From a virus, in IMG/VR virus record IMGVR_UViG_3300010052_000207, positions 6,790 to 70,789 of that record: 64,000 bases of DNA; one strand, written 5' to 3'. Shown here one piece after another: positions 8,373 to 17,991 of the stretch (positions are counted from its first letter, which is position 1; every line of letters begins with the position of its first letter). The translations under genes were made by a program, and so were the position numbers. The notes below the pieces were generated by a model. It did not search any database, had not been told where the DNA came from, and saw nothing but the letters and a program-made list of their open reading frames with translations.

Positions 8373-10072
8373 CAGTTCCTCAACCCGGTAATTTTAGATG
8401 CGGCCCCGCCTCGCTGCATTTCGGCGAATACGGCGGACTTGGTCTGCTCCATGATGCTCGGAACGAGGTTTCGGAGTTGGGCCACGGTCTGCTCGGTCGC
8501 GCCGGGGTTGAGGGTGAAGGTCTGGTTGACCACGACCGTCTGGCCACCGCCCATCATGTTGTTGGGCACGATGGTGCCGGCGCTCTTTGGGACGAAGATT
8601 TCCGGCCCGCGCTCGCCCACGATGGAGGGCATGCCCACAGGCGGACTGCCGCCGTCGGCGAAGAACCCGCCGAAGATTTTACCCACCCCGCCAAGGGCGT
8701 CGTCGAGCAGGCCCTTACTCCCGCCGGTGCCGATGAGGGCGTCGGCCAAGGGACCAGCCACTTTCTTCTGGAACGCCGCCTTGGCGATGGACTCGGCGAA
8801 GTCGAGCATGGCCTGTTTAGCCGACCCGGCCTTGAACGCGATGTCCGTGAGCGTCTGGGAGAGCTTATCGTGGAGGATCTGCTGGAACCGGGCCGCCTCT
8901 TGCATGGATTGGGCGAGGTCGTAATTGGTGCGGGCGAGGTCGCCGTTTTTCGCGATCATGTCGTCGGCATTCTTGATGCCCGCTTTCTGGGCGAGGTCAA
9001 TGGTCTTATAACCCGCCTCCATCGCGGCCTGCTCGCGGGGGGTCTGCTGCAGGATGCTGTTCTGGCGTTCGAGGGAGGTGTTGTATTCGTCCAACGTGAC
9101 CTTGGCTGCGGCGTATTTCTTGGCTTGTTCTTCGGCGGCTTTCTTGCCGAGCAACTCCGTGTTCGACCCCTTGGCTGAGGGGGACGGCTGGTAAACCGGT
9201 CCGAACTGTTCGGTTCCGGTCGCGGCAGCGCCGGGCTTCCGCTTCAGATTGAACTTCGACTGCTCGATGGTGGTCGGGAATTTGGCAGATACGTCGCCTG
9301 TGATAGAGGCGGTAGAATTCAGCGTTTCGGTTGCCTGGGGGATGGTCTCAATCACTTTCAGGATGGCGGCGAATGCCCTCAGGAAGGCGTTTTCAATCTT
9401 GATGCCAGCCTCTGAAAGTGAGTCGCCAAAGGCGTCGATGCGGTCCAGCGTTTCCTTGTCGAGGCCGTTATTCAGCTTCTCCTGCGCCTCCACCGCCTTT
9501 CGCATGTCCCCCTCGTATTGCTTCAGGAGGGGGAGCATGGCGGAAAACCCGCGACCGAAGAGGTTCATGCCCGCTTCGGTCTGCGTGGACTGATCCTTAA
9601 TTTGCCCGAGGGCGCGGGCCACTTCATAGAACTGCTGCTCGGGCGTCAGCTTGCGGAGCTTCTCGACGGACAGGCCGAGCTGGTCGAACGCCTTGACGGC
9701 CTCCTCGTTACCCTTGGCCGCCTCGCCGAGGACGTTGTTCATCTTGTTGATGGCGGCGCTGAACTCGTCGAGGCTGGAGCCGCCGGCAGCAAGGGGGATT
9801 TGTAGGGCGGAGAGCGTGCTCGACGCAAAGCCAATCCGGTCAGACAGATCCACGATATGGCCCGCCGCTTCGATGGCGCTTCTACCGAACTGAACAAAGG
9901 CGACGGCGGAGATTGCGGGAGCGAGGGCGAGGATCTGCGCTTTCAGGTTCCCGAAAGCGCTCGACATGCCGCCGGCGCTTTGCTGAATTACGCCACGGGC
10001 CCTGCCCATCTCGCTTTCGAGCTGGGCCGCGTCCGCCCTGATCCTGACTACCAGTTCACCGACGTCTGTCAT
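8372..10072 (-). CDS. Tape measure protein
   Basis: 566 aa Ala-rich helical protein; VGELVVRIRAD N-terminus; GGFFADGG..IVGERGPEIFVP C-terminus. Confidence 0.93.
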   Translation of the reverse strand: MTDVGELVVRIRADAAQLESEMGRARGVIQQSAGGMSSAFGNLKAQILALAPAISAVAFVQFGRSAIEAAGHIVDLSDRIGFASSTLSALQIPLAAGGSSLDEFSAAINKMNNVLGEAAKGNEEAVKAFDQLGLSVEKLRKLTPEQQFYEVARALGQIKDQSTQTEAGMNLFGRGFSAMLPLLKQYEGDMRKAVEAQEKLNNGLDKETLDRIDAFGDSLSEAGIKIENAFLRAFAAILKVIETIPQATETLNSTASITGDVSAKFPTTIEQSKFNLKRKPGAAATGTEQFGPVYQPSPSAKGSNTELLGKKAAEEQAKKYAAAKVTLDEYNTSLERQNSILQQTPREQAAMEAGYKTIDLAQKAGIKNADDMIAKNGDLARTNYDLAQSMQEAARFQQILHDKLSQTLTDIAFKAGSAKQAMLDFAESIAKAAFQKKVAGPLADALIGTGGSKGLLDDALGGVGKIFGGFFADGGSPPVGMPSIVGERGPEIFVPKSAGTIVPNNMMGGGQTVVVNQTFTLNPGATEQTVAQLRNLVPSIMEQTKSAVFAEMQRGGAASKITGLRN

Positions 10073-10292
10073 CTTCTTCCTTCATCATCCGCTGGAGTTC
10101 CTCGATTTCTTCCTTCGTCAGGGGCTCGGCCTCGGCTTGTTTGATCCCCTTGCTCAACGCGTAGCCGTCGTAGGCATCCATCACGCTCCATGTGTCCGCC
10201 CCCCAAAACTCGGAGGGCTGCATCCTCAGGACGCCGAGGCAGACGCGCCGGTAGCGGGTCCAGGGGAAGCGGCCACTTCGGTCAGCTTCCCC
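10056..10292 (-). CDS. Tail assembly chaperone, -1 frame extension (gpT-like)
   Basis: The -1 frame reads FPWTRYRRVCLGVLRMQPSEFW and overlaps the end of the upstream chaperone. Confidence 0.65.
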   Translation of the reverse strand, partial: GEADRSGRFPWTRYRRVCLGVLRMQPSEFWGADTWSVMDAYDGYALSKGIKQAEAEPLTKEEIEELQRMMKEEDDRRR

Positions 10293-10657
10293 ATCAACTC
10301 CCCCATCTCTTTGGCCTTCTGCTCTCGCTGGCTCGGCGGGGCGAGGCAGACGCTCAGGAAGGAATAGAGATGCAGGCGAAGGGTTTCATTTTCCTCGCCG
10401 GTGAGCCCGACCCTGTCCCAGAGCAGGTCGCCCGCCTCTGCCGCGGTCATCTTCGTACCGCAGGTGGTCAGGATGGCGGCGATGACCTTAGCCATGTCGT
10501 GGACAGGCATGCCGCTGACGATCTGGATCGCCACACGGCCGACATGCTCCTTCATGGAATACTCGACGGCCTCGATCAGCCCGAACGTGCCCAGCAGTTC
10601 GTAGTGCTTCCCCGCGAACGGGAGGGTGTATCGCGGGCGGGCGGGTTCGAAGCTCAT
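10226..10657 (-). CDS. Tail assembly chaperone (gpG-like)
   Basis: Position upstream of tape measure; 143 aa. Confidence 0.75.
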   Translation of the reverse strand: MSFEPARPRYTLPFAGKHYELLGTFGLIEAVEYSMKEHVGRVAIQIVSGMPVHDMAKVIAAILTTCGTKMTAAEAGDLLWDRVGLTGEENETLRLHLYSFLSVCLAPPSQREQKAKEMGELMGKLTEVAASPGPATGASASAS

Positions 10658-11019
10658 TACCGGTACTGCGTGAGCTTGACGGCGGCGACGGTCATCCCGG
10701 TGGCGACGTCCAGCGTGTAGCTGACCTTCCCCGTGGTGATGTCATTGAACCGCTCGGTCGGGAATGGGCCGACCATCGCCAGGCCGCCATTTGTGCCCGA
10801 GCCAGGGAGCGTGATCACGGTATCCGGCGTGACGATGGCGCCAAAACCGGGGCGGCTGGTGTCGTTCGCAGCGATGGTCAGGGTGCGGGCCGAGGCGTTG
10901 GAGTTCGTGAAGGCCAGGAACGTGTGGCCATCGTTCACGAAAGAGTCGGCGGTCGATGCGGCTGCGCTGGTGTAGTTGAGGCCGCTGAAGCCGAGGGTTT
11001 GAACGGATAATACGGACAT
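10657..11019 (-). CDS. Beta-rich structural protein between tail tube and chaperone
   Basis: Clean ORF, RBS AGGAGAG, late-operon context. Confidence 0.7.
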   Translation of the reverse strand: MSVLSVQTLGFSGLNYTSAAASTADSFVNDGHTFLAFTNSNASARTLTIAANDTSRPGFGAIVTPDTVITLPGSGTNGGLAMVGPFPTERFNDITTGKVSYTLDVATGMTVAAVKLTQYR

Positions 11020-11028
11020 GTGGCTCTC

Positions 11029-11436
11029 CTATGGGGCTGCTGTGAAGGTGGGGATGCCGGAGCTTTCGAGGCTCAGGGTGTATTCTTCGGGGCCCTCGAA
11101 GCCGCCGGTGCGCTCGTAGTTGGTCACGAGGAATGTACCCTCGATCGTGTCACCGTTCGGAAATACGAGAGTGAAAGTGTTGAGCGAGCCACCGAAGACA
11201 TAGCCGCGAATGGTCTCATCGGACGTGGAATCCTTGAAAATACCGCTGCCACTAATCGATACTGATTTTAAGCTGCCGTCTTCCAGCAGCTCGCGCCAGC
11301 CGAGCGTGTCCTTGGTGCTGATGTCCAGCGGCTGGTTATTCATTTTGAAGGCGGTCGTCTTCAGCCCCCCCAGAAGCGTACCGGCGGCGGCCGTGCCGAC
11401 TTTGATGAGCATTAATCGCCCGAGTGTTGCAGCCAT
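11029..11436 (-). CDS. Major tail tube protein (TP901-1-like family)
   Basis: DISTKDTLGWRELL..SVSISGSGIF motif; RBS AAGGAGG. Confidence 0.9.
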   Translation of the reverse strand: MAATLGRLMLIKVGTAAAGTLLGGLKTTAFKMNNQPLDISTKDTLGWRELLEDGSLKSVSISGSGIFKDSTSDETIRGYVFGGSLNTFTLVFPNGDTIEGTFLVTNYERTGGFEGPEEYTLSLESSGIPTFTAAP

Positions 11437-11486
11437 AGTAAATCCCTCCTTGGATTATTAATTGATTAACTAATTATGTCGATTAC

Positions 11487-11963
11487 TTAAAAGAATACGA
11501 CGGGCCAGCCGCCCGAGGTGACCGTGATGACCGGCGCAGGCTCGAGCAGTGCCCGATAGCGGGCCACGCCGTGGTAGTAGTGGTCGTTCGCGCCCTCTTC
11601 GCTGATGTCCTGAAACGAGTCCTGGAACTCGCGGGCGAGGGATACGAGGGTGAATCCGACGAGTGTGAGGCTCGCCTCCTGCCGGTGCAGGGCGTCGTGG
11701 ATGATCGAGAGCAGGTTCTTGACCGACTTTCGCCCGGCCTTCTCGAAGTCCCAGACGTGCAGCGTCAGCGTGCAGTCCCAGCCGTCCTCGGTCTTGGTGT
11801 CCCATTCGGTGAGCGTGTCGTCGCCGATCACGACGTAGGGGGCGACGAGCTGAGGCGTCACGAAGTCGAAGACCTTCTGCCCGCCGAGGGCCGAGGTGAG
11901 CGGCGCGTAGGTGGTCAGCCGCTTGAACAGCGCGGCCTGGAGGGCGTTATCGGGTGAGGGCAT
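11487..11963 (-). CDS. Tail terminator (DUF3168-like)
   Basis: ALQAALFKRL..YVVIGDD..HGVARYRA pattern and position. Confidence 0.85.
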   Translation of the reverse strand: MPSPDNALQAALFKRLTTYAPLTSALGGQKVFDFVTPQLVAPYVVIGDDTLTEWDTKTEDGWDCTLTLHVWDFEKAGRKSVKNLLSIIHDALHRQEASLTLVGFTLVSLAREFQDSFQDISEEGANDHYYHGVARYRALLEPAPVITVTSGGWPVVFF

Positions 11964-12413
11964 CTACTTGACCGACTTGGCTGCCGCGGTGCGGACGGCC
12001 TGGGCGAGGCGCTCGGCGATCCATGCCTTGCTCTTTTCGAGGGCGGGGAACATAAAGGGGCGGGCCGCCATCTTGGTAGTGCCGAACTCGAGGGCTTTGG
12101 CGTACTCGGTTCCAACGATGACCGCGACGGACAGGCTCGTATCCTCGGGCTCGACTCGGAAGCCGCGATTTACCAATGCCCCGGTATCGGAGGCCGGTGC
12201 CTCACCTGGCGCCGAGGCTTGGTGGGTGACGGAGCGCCGCTTGTAGATGCGGCCCGTCTTCCCGCCTGCGGTGATGCTCCGCTTGGCCTCGCCCTCGACC
12301 TTCTTCGCGCTCGCGTAGAGGCCCTTCTTCAGCTCCGCCTCGACTGCCTTCTGCACTGCCAGGGTCGCGTTCTGAATCTTGTCCAGCCCCTCAACCTTCA
12401 CCGAGAAGTCCAT
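11964..12413 (-). CDS. HK97 gp10-like tail completion protein
   Basis: SAPGEAPASDTG and LEFGTTKMAARPFMFPA motifs. Confidence 0.9.
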   Translation of the reverse strand: MDFSVKVEGLDKIQNATLAVQKAVEAELKKGLYASAKKVEGEAKRSITAGGKTGRIYKRRSVTHQASAPGEAPASDTGALVNRGFRVEPEDTSLSVAVIVGTEYAKALEFGTTKMAARPFMFPALEKSKAWIAERLAQAVRTAAAKSVK

Positions 12414-12415
12414 GC

Positions 12416-12628
12416 TCAGAGCCAGTCCCTTGCGAGTTGTTCAATCCATTCGTGCTGCCGGCGGCAGATGTTGGGGTCGATCCGGTGGATCGCGTAGTGG
12501 AGTGCAGCCACAGCAACCGCTACTGCGAAAATCAGAGCCAATCCCACCGTGAGCCGCTTGAGGTAACAAGCCAGCCCGCAGGTTAGCGAAACGGCGGATA
12601 CCAGAGCCGAGATGATGCAACAGATCAC
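12416..12628 (-). CDS. Small Cys-rich membrane protein
   Basis: Two hydrophobic segments; start overlaps the G8 gene stop. Confidence 0.45.
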   Translation of the reverse strand: MICCIISALVSAVSLTCGLACYLKRLTVGLALIFAVAVAVAALHYAIHRIDPNICRRQHEWIEQLARDWL

Positions 12629-15600
12629 GCGTTAACCGTAATTCGTATCGACTGAGGCGTCCCGTTGCCGTAGGGGTTAGCAGCGGCCACCTGCACCTCG
12701 TACTCGTTATCGTCGTCCGCGTCGGCAGGAGAGCCGGAGCTCATCGTGCCATTGCCTAGCCAGCGCAGTGTCGAGACACCGACCGACTTGTTGATTTCGA
12801 ACTGCGCCTGATCGGCACCCCCGATGATGGACCAGCTTGGGTGGATCTCGGCGGCCTTCAGGACAAGGGCCAAGGTCGCCCCGCTGGTCACGCTGGCCGT
12901 GTCGGCGCTGGTGATGGTGGGGGCCGTGGTGTCGATGACGACCGGCGGGGGTGCCACGCCGATAGATTCCGCACGGAGCGGTAGCTCTGGCTTCAAGTTC
13001 GGATCGACGACGTTCCCGGCGAGGAAGCTCGGGTCCATCGACGAGTGCAACAAGAGGTCGACATGGAACTGGAAATATTCGCCCGTCAGTCGGTCGTGCT
13101 CAGTGAACCAGCAGCGGGTCTTCCAGGTGCCGTTGTCGTTCCAGCAACCGTTCCTCTTGACCAGCACCTCGGGGGTATTCCCATTCTGGCGGGCATAGCG
13201 GTTGTTGCTATGCGAGCTCATCGGTCCGAAGCTCTCGGAAGTGAGAACGTCCGGGTAGAGACGGACACCCACCGAATCGACGATGGCCCCCTTGATAGAG
13301 ATGATGCCAGAGGTGCTGAGCGTGATGTCGCTGGTGGGGTCCAGCCAAAAGTACGGCTTGGACGTGCCGGGCGACGGCTCGACGCCGCCTAGACCACGCG
13401 GAGCGGCCGGGGTATTGACCGGCAGGTCGGTAGCGCTGTTCAGTGACTTCCATTCTCGGAGTGTGCCGATCCAGCGGGTGGGTGTACTTGCTGGGTCGGT
13501 GATCCACGGTCCCATGAGCCCGTAGAACTCCTGGTCCTGCGGGAAAGCCTTGCCTGGGTTGGCCGCAATCCACGCTGTCAGGTCGAAATCACCGGTGAAG
13601 TGGGTAAAAGGCGTGGGGACCGTCGCAGGATCGCACACCACGTCGATCCAGTAGCCATCGTAGTTGAACCCAAGCCCTTCCTGTTGGAAGCCGACGGAAT
13701 AGTTCTCCAGGTAACCGTTCACGAACATCTGCTGCCATGACACGCTGCCGAGCCTTGCCGCCGCGCTGGCTCCTGTACCGGTCCACATGAAGTCGTAGAA
13801 GCTGTAGAAGAACGTGTAATTGATCAGGTGAAACGGCGTCTCGGTGGCTACGCAGTCAAAGTTACGCGCGATCATCGGCGTCGTGTCGGTTCGGTCGGTG
13901 AACTGACGGTGTGCGACCCCGAAGCCGAACCTGCATCCGTAGCAGGCGTTGTTGTAAAAATCGATGATCTGCGCCTGCTCGATTCCGTAAGTGTCCTCGT
14001 CCATGCTGAACTCGGGATCTGAGCTGCCCGAACCGCGCCCGGAAACCACCGGATCAGGATTCCGCATCGAATACATGTCGGGCACGCGAGTGGACTGCTT
14101 GACGTTCTGCTGCATGAACATCCAGCCGAAGTTGCAGTCGATGGCGATGTTGCCCTGCTGGAAGACTTGGCGGGCTTGGCTCTCGTAGCCCACACCGGCG
14201 TGGCCATTGTGGTTCTCGAACAATTCCGCCCGGCTACCCCAGGAAACCGGATAGCCATCGCCGCGGCACCCGATGACGGTGTTATTCATCCACTGGCCGG
14301 TCTCGTTGCCCAGTTCGGAAACAATACCTGCACCGCGCACATTGGAGACGACGCAGTTTTCAACGGCTGCGCGGCCGGCATGGTGCGTGATGCCCCATCC
14401 GTCAATTGGGTAAGCATCCCCCCACACCTTGCAACGTTTGACCGGGAACTGCTTGCGGCCGAAGTGAGCACCCATCCAGTGCAAGTGGATCGGGTAACGT
14501 CCACGCACGTTGTTGGGGTTGGTGATGATCGTCCCGCCGTTGGTTGCCCGGACGGGCGTGCCGTCGGGTAGAGCGAGAGAGGGGTCCGTATTGGTGCGGC
14601 CAAGGTCTTTGAACTCGACATCCCAGAATCCGCCCCCGTCATGGTGCATGGCCATCGTGTGGCCGCGCTTCTGGGAGCTGGACGGGTCTTCGCTGCGTAT
14701 GCGGATGGAGCCGGTCAGGCATGCGATCACGGGTTTTCTTACACGGACCTGACCGTGAGGTAGCGTCCGCTTGGTCAGGACGTGGTCGTGTTCGAGCGGC
14801 TCCGCCCAGGTAATGGTGCTCCCCACGACGGCGGTAATGGTGCGACGCTCGGAGTGGCTCTGCATGAACCCGAAGGTTTGCGTGCGAACGGCGGTCGTGC
14901 CCTGGTACGGCCCCCAGAACTGCGTCGGACCGGAGTATTGCGGGTCCGTCATGCTGACGCCGGGGTAATCGGTCGAGCCGAACTGAACCACGTCGCCCAC
15001 ACGCCAGTTCGCGCCGCGTACACCGCGAATCTTGGCGGAGGTGCTCCCGGCGGGGATATCCTTGTCGCTCAGGAGGCGGTCGGCTTTCGGTGCGCCGACG
15101 AGGAGCCTGTAGCCTTTCCAGATAAGGCCCAGGCGAGGAGTCGAGCCAGGGGCCTCCGTCTGGTGCAGGACGATTTCCGCACGGGGCTTGCCGGGCGTGG
15201 CACTGTCCGCGACCGGGGCGTATCCTGCGCCCATGAGGAAGGTGCCGAGGCAAAGCAAAGTGTCCACCCAGAGGCGGGTGTCCTTGCTCACATCCCAGCG
15301 AAAAGTGCCGGGGCCGCCAACGTGGATATCCTTGACCTTGGCGTCTGATTCGACGTCGTAAATCACGTCGCGGCTACCGATTTCGACAACGGCCCCCGCC
15401 CCGGGGACCGTTCCGGTGTCCCAGATCGCGGGGTTCGACCAGCTTCCATCGGCGATCGCGGTATGCGAGTACGGCCCGAGGTCGTTGATCGTGCCGCAGC
15501 AGCCGACGGCGTCCGTGGCGGTGAAGTCGTAGTAGGATTGGGGCACTTCCGCCGTGCGGCCGCCGAACTTGGTCGTAATCTCGGGAACTCGGCCCGCGTC

Positions 15601-15651
15601 GGAGCGATCGATGTGCCGAGGTTGGGGCTTGGAACGCGGTGTGAGGCGCAT
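12625..15651 (-). CDS. G8-domain / right-handed beta-helix protein with C-terminal cadherin-like domain; putative polysaccharide depolymerase
   Basis: HTAIADGSWSNPAIW (G8), RGHTMAMH..VEFKDLGR..GRYPIHLH (CEMIP/TMEM2/PKHD1-type repeats), GGADQAQFEI..DADDDNEYEVQV (cadherin-like). Confidence 0.8.
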   Translation of the reverse strand: MRLTPRSKPQPRHIDRSDAGRVPEITTKFGGRTAEVPQSYYDFTATDAVGCCGTINDLGPYSHTAIADGSWSNPAIWDTGTVPGAGAVVEIGSRDVIYDVESDAKVKDIHVGGPGTFRWDVSKDTRLWVDTLLCLGTFLMGAGYAPVADSATPGKPRAEIVLHQTEAPGSTPRLGLIWKGYRLLVGAPKADRLLSDKDIPAGSTSAKIRGVRGANWRVGDVVQFGSTDYPGVSMTDPQYSGPTQFWGPYQGTTAVRTQTFGFMQSHSERRTITAVVGSTITWAEPLEHDHVLTKRTLPHGQVRVRKPVIACLTGSIRIRSEDPSSSQKRGHTMAMHHDGGGFWDVEFKDLGRTNTDPSLALPDGTPVRATNGGTIITNPNNVRGRYPIHLHWMGAHFGRKQFPVKRCKVWGDAYPIDGWGITHHAGRAAVENCVVSNVRGAGIVSELGNETGQWMNNTVIGCRGDGYPVSWGSRAELFENHNGHAGVGYESQARQVFQQGNIAIDCNFGWMFMQQNVKQSTRVPDMYSMRNPDPVVSGRGSGSSDPEFSMDEDTYGIEQAQIIDFYNNACYGCRFGFGVAHRQFTDRTDTTPMIARNFDCVATETPFHLINYTFFYSFYDFMWTGTGASAAARLGSVSWQQMFVNGYLENYSVGFQQEGLGFNYDGYWIDVVCDPATVPTPFTHFTGDFDLTAWIAANPGKAFPQDQEFYGLMGPWITDPASTPTRWIGTLREWKSLNSATDLPVNTPAAPRGLGGVEPSPGTSKPYFWLDPTSDITLSTSGIISIKGAIVDSVGVRLYPDVLTSESFGPMSSHSNNRYARQNGNTPEVLVKRNGCWNDNGTWKTRCWFTEHDRLTGEYFQFHVDLLLHSSMDPSFLAGNVVDPNLKPELPLRAESIGVAPPPVVIDTTAPTITSADTASVTSGATLALVLKAAEIHPSWSIIGGADQAQFEINKSVGVSTLRWLGNGTMSSGSPADADDDNEYEVQVAAANPYGNGTPQSIRITVNA

Positions 15652-16385
15652 CAGTTCTGGGCGATACCGAGGCCGATTTTGACCGCGTTCGTGGCCGCAT
15701 AGGTCTCGGACCCGCTGATAACGGGCACGACGAAGAGGGTGGTGTTCGCGGCGGCGATCTTGAACGGCAGCCCTTGCTGGGCGGCCTGCACTAAGGCGGG
15801 GGTGCCGCAGTCGATGACGTCCTCACACGGGATGACCCCTGCCAACTTGTCCATGTCGGCGGGGTCGATGGCCAGGGCGGCGTGGTCGGTGAACGTGCTG
15901 CTGGCCGGGTCGGTGTGGAACACGTAGAGTTGGAACAGGGCGGATTGGCCTGCTGCCTTGCTGACATAGGCGTGCCGTACCTCCCCGCTCCCGCCGTTAG
16001 AGCGGGCGGCACCGGCAAAAGAGAGCTTCCCGCCCACTACCATGCCGGGTGTGTACGCGCCCACGGTCACGGTGGGGGTGAGGGCCAGATTGACAGCGCC
16101 TGCGGCAGTGTTCGCGGAGATGGCTGCAAGTGCGGCGTTGCCGGTGTCCTGCTTGGTTGCGGTCGCCCCACCATCCGGGATCTTGGCGACCGATTCTTGG
16201 ATGGCGGCGAGGACGGTGTTCGCGGCGGCCTGGTTCCCGGAGGTTGCCGGATCGATGACCGCCCCATTCGTGTCAACGATCGGGTGTACGGGGTTATTGG
16301 TGCCAGCCGCCACGTCGTTCTGCGTCTTGAGCTTTGCCGTGCCTACGGCTACCGGGACGGTTATACTGCTGGTAGTGGCTGCCAT
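15651..16385 (-). CDS. Fibre/adaptor protein, short paralog of 17992-19218
   Basis: Shares ATSGNQ..AN, TPTVT.GAYT.GMV.GGKLS and FHTDP..STFTD motifs; second ATG chosen from RBS spacing. Confidence 0.8.
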   Translation of the reverse strand: MAATTSSITVPVAVGTAKLKTQNDVAAGTNNPVHPIVDTNGAVIDPATSGNQAAANTVLAAIQESVAKIPDGGATATKQDTGNAALAAISANTAAGAVNLALTPTVTVGAYTPGMVVGGKLSFAGAARSNGGSGEVRHAYVSKAAGQSALFQLYVFHTDPASSTFTDHAALAIDPADMDKLAGVIPCEDVIDCGTPALVQAAQQGLPFKIAAANTTLFVVPVISGSETYAATNAVKIGLGIAQN

Positions 16386-16414
16386 GCGTGAGCACATCCT
16401 TTCAATATCAAAGC

Positions 16415-16442
16415 TAAGACCGCCTCTAATCGAGCGGTCTTA
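16415..16442. terminator. Intergenic hairpin TAAGACCGC/GCGGTCTTA
   Basis: 9-bp perfect stem at the boundary between the two cassettes. Confidence 0.4.
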
Positions 16443-16532
16443 CTATCCCCACCCCGAAAAAATCGGATGCGGGTACTACAATCAATCTTTAACCGCACTG
16501 CACAGAATCGCAGCGATGCATGCTGAACGCAG

Positions 16533-17990
16533 CTATTGCAGCAAGCTATTAATGGCTGCGGCTGCAATAGGGGACTCTTCAGCATAACCTTTATTGCTTA
16601 GGTGAACACCATCAGCTGACCAGTAATTACCGACGGTAACGGTGGTTAGATTTGCGTTGGTCTCGTAGTCCAATAGTTTGTACCCATAGGTTCCTGCGTT
16701 GGACCTTACTAACGTATTGTACGATTGTCGCTCGGCTTCCCGAGCTACCGAGTCGGTCGGCCATGTGAGCGGTATCATGACCTGCTGAATGACACTAAAT
16801 CCCGCAGCTTGCATGGCTTGGATGAACGGGAGGACAAAGCTAGACCAGGCAGTCGCACCAAAGCCCGACACAGACCCTGATGCTACGTTGATCAGGTCGT
16901 TGGCAGCGTCAGCACCGAAGCAAATGTTTTTTTGAAGCGAGGCGTTATATTGAGCGGCGTATTTGGCCCGATCAGCATAGATTTGACTTGCTGTTTGTCC
17001 GAATTTGCCCTGATTGGAGATGAAAACCCGGCGATTAAGGAGGGGCTCGGTATAATAGGTAATGTTCTTTCCTTGAGTTGCGCCAGTCCCTTGGACCCCA
17101 GAGTGCCCTGGCCAAATAATCTGCCCTGTTGCAGAAGTTAACACATCAAAAGCCGAATACAGAAATGTGTGGAGGCTTGCAATGTTCCCAGCAGAAAGTT
17201 CACTCGGATAAATGATTTTCGCGAAATGAAGACCGTTTATGAGGTAGCCGCCCGTAGTGACGTATCCGGTTTTGCCCCCCACCCATGTCCCGGCGGTGTT
17301 GGCACTCAGGCTTTGAACAGCATTATTGTCCTGATATACTTTGATTGCAGACGCACCAGAAGTTACGGTGCTTACCTGTGTCTGTGAACGTGACCGGCCA
17401 TTCGCTACTTTCAGAAATGCAGAAGAGGTCAGAACCTGATATTTGTTTTCACCGTTCTGTGCGGGCAGAAGCGATAGGGATCCCGCCGTCGTATAGGCTG
17501 CCCCGACGAGGCCGGTGCATGCTGCGTTACTGGAGGCATAAGCCACGACCTCGACCACAGAAGTAGCCTGCCCGTTGCCGGTGATTGCGGCAGGCATATC
17601 CAGCCACGTTGAAGCCTTGATCGCCTGATCGAAAAGCACACCATAGTGACCGCGAATTACATTGTCCAAAGAGAAGAACGGCTTGTTAGCCGCCGTGGCC
17701 TGAGCTTCATCATTCCCCGTTCCGAGCTGGTCGTATCGCTTTACCAGATAGCAGTAGCTTGCAGTGCCGAGCCAAGATGACACGGTGCCGAGGTTGGGGC
17801 GACCATTGGGCAAAGAATATATGTCCTTGATCGCGCCATCTGAGACACGCTCCAATCGAAACAACGGCCCCCTATAACTAAACACAAGTCGATTCATGCC
17901 GTAAACGGCCAGAGGTGAAGTTGCGACTACAGGCAAATCCCCGATCGTCGCTGGGGCGCCAGGAGAAAGAAAAATTAAATCTCTACGCAT
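16533..17990 (-). CDS. Virion-associated SGNH/GDSL hydrolase with N-terminal beta-sandwich domain
   Basis: Block I IIWPGHS (GDS variant), GADAANDL, DGVH catalytic motif; visibly AT-richer than neighbours. Confidence 0.8.
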   Translation of the reverse strand: MRRDLIFLSPGAPATIGDLPVVATSPLAVYGMNRLVFSYRGPLFRLERVSDGAIKDIYSLPNGRPNLGTVSSWLGTASYCYLVKRYDQLGTGNDEAQATAANKPFFSLDNVIRGHYGVLFDQAIKASTWLDMPAAITGNGQATSVVEVVAYASSNAACTGLVGAAYTTAGSLSLLPAQNGENKYQVLTSSAFLKVANGRSRSQTQVSTVTSGASAIKVYQDNNAVQSLSANTAGTWVGGKTGYVTTGGYLINGLHFAKIIYPSELSAGNIASLHTFLYSAFDVLTSATGQIIWPGHSGVQGTGATQGKNITYYTEPLLNRRVFISNQGKFGQTASQIYADRAKYAAQYNASLQKNICFGADAANDLINVASGSVSGFGATAWSSFVLPFIQAMQAAGFSVIQQVMIPLTWPTDSVAREAERQSYNTLVRSNAGTYGYKLLDYETNANLTTVTVGNYWSADGVHLSNKGYAEESPIAAAAINSLLQ

Positions 17991-17991
17991 T

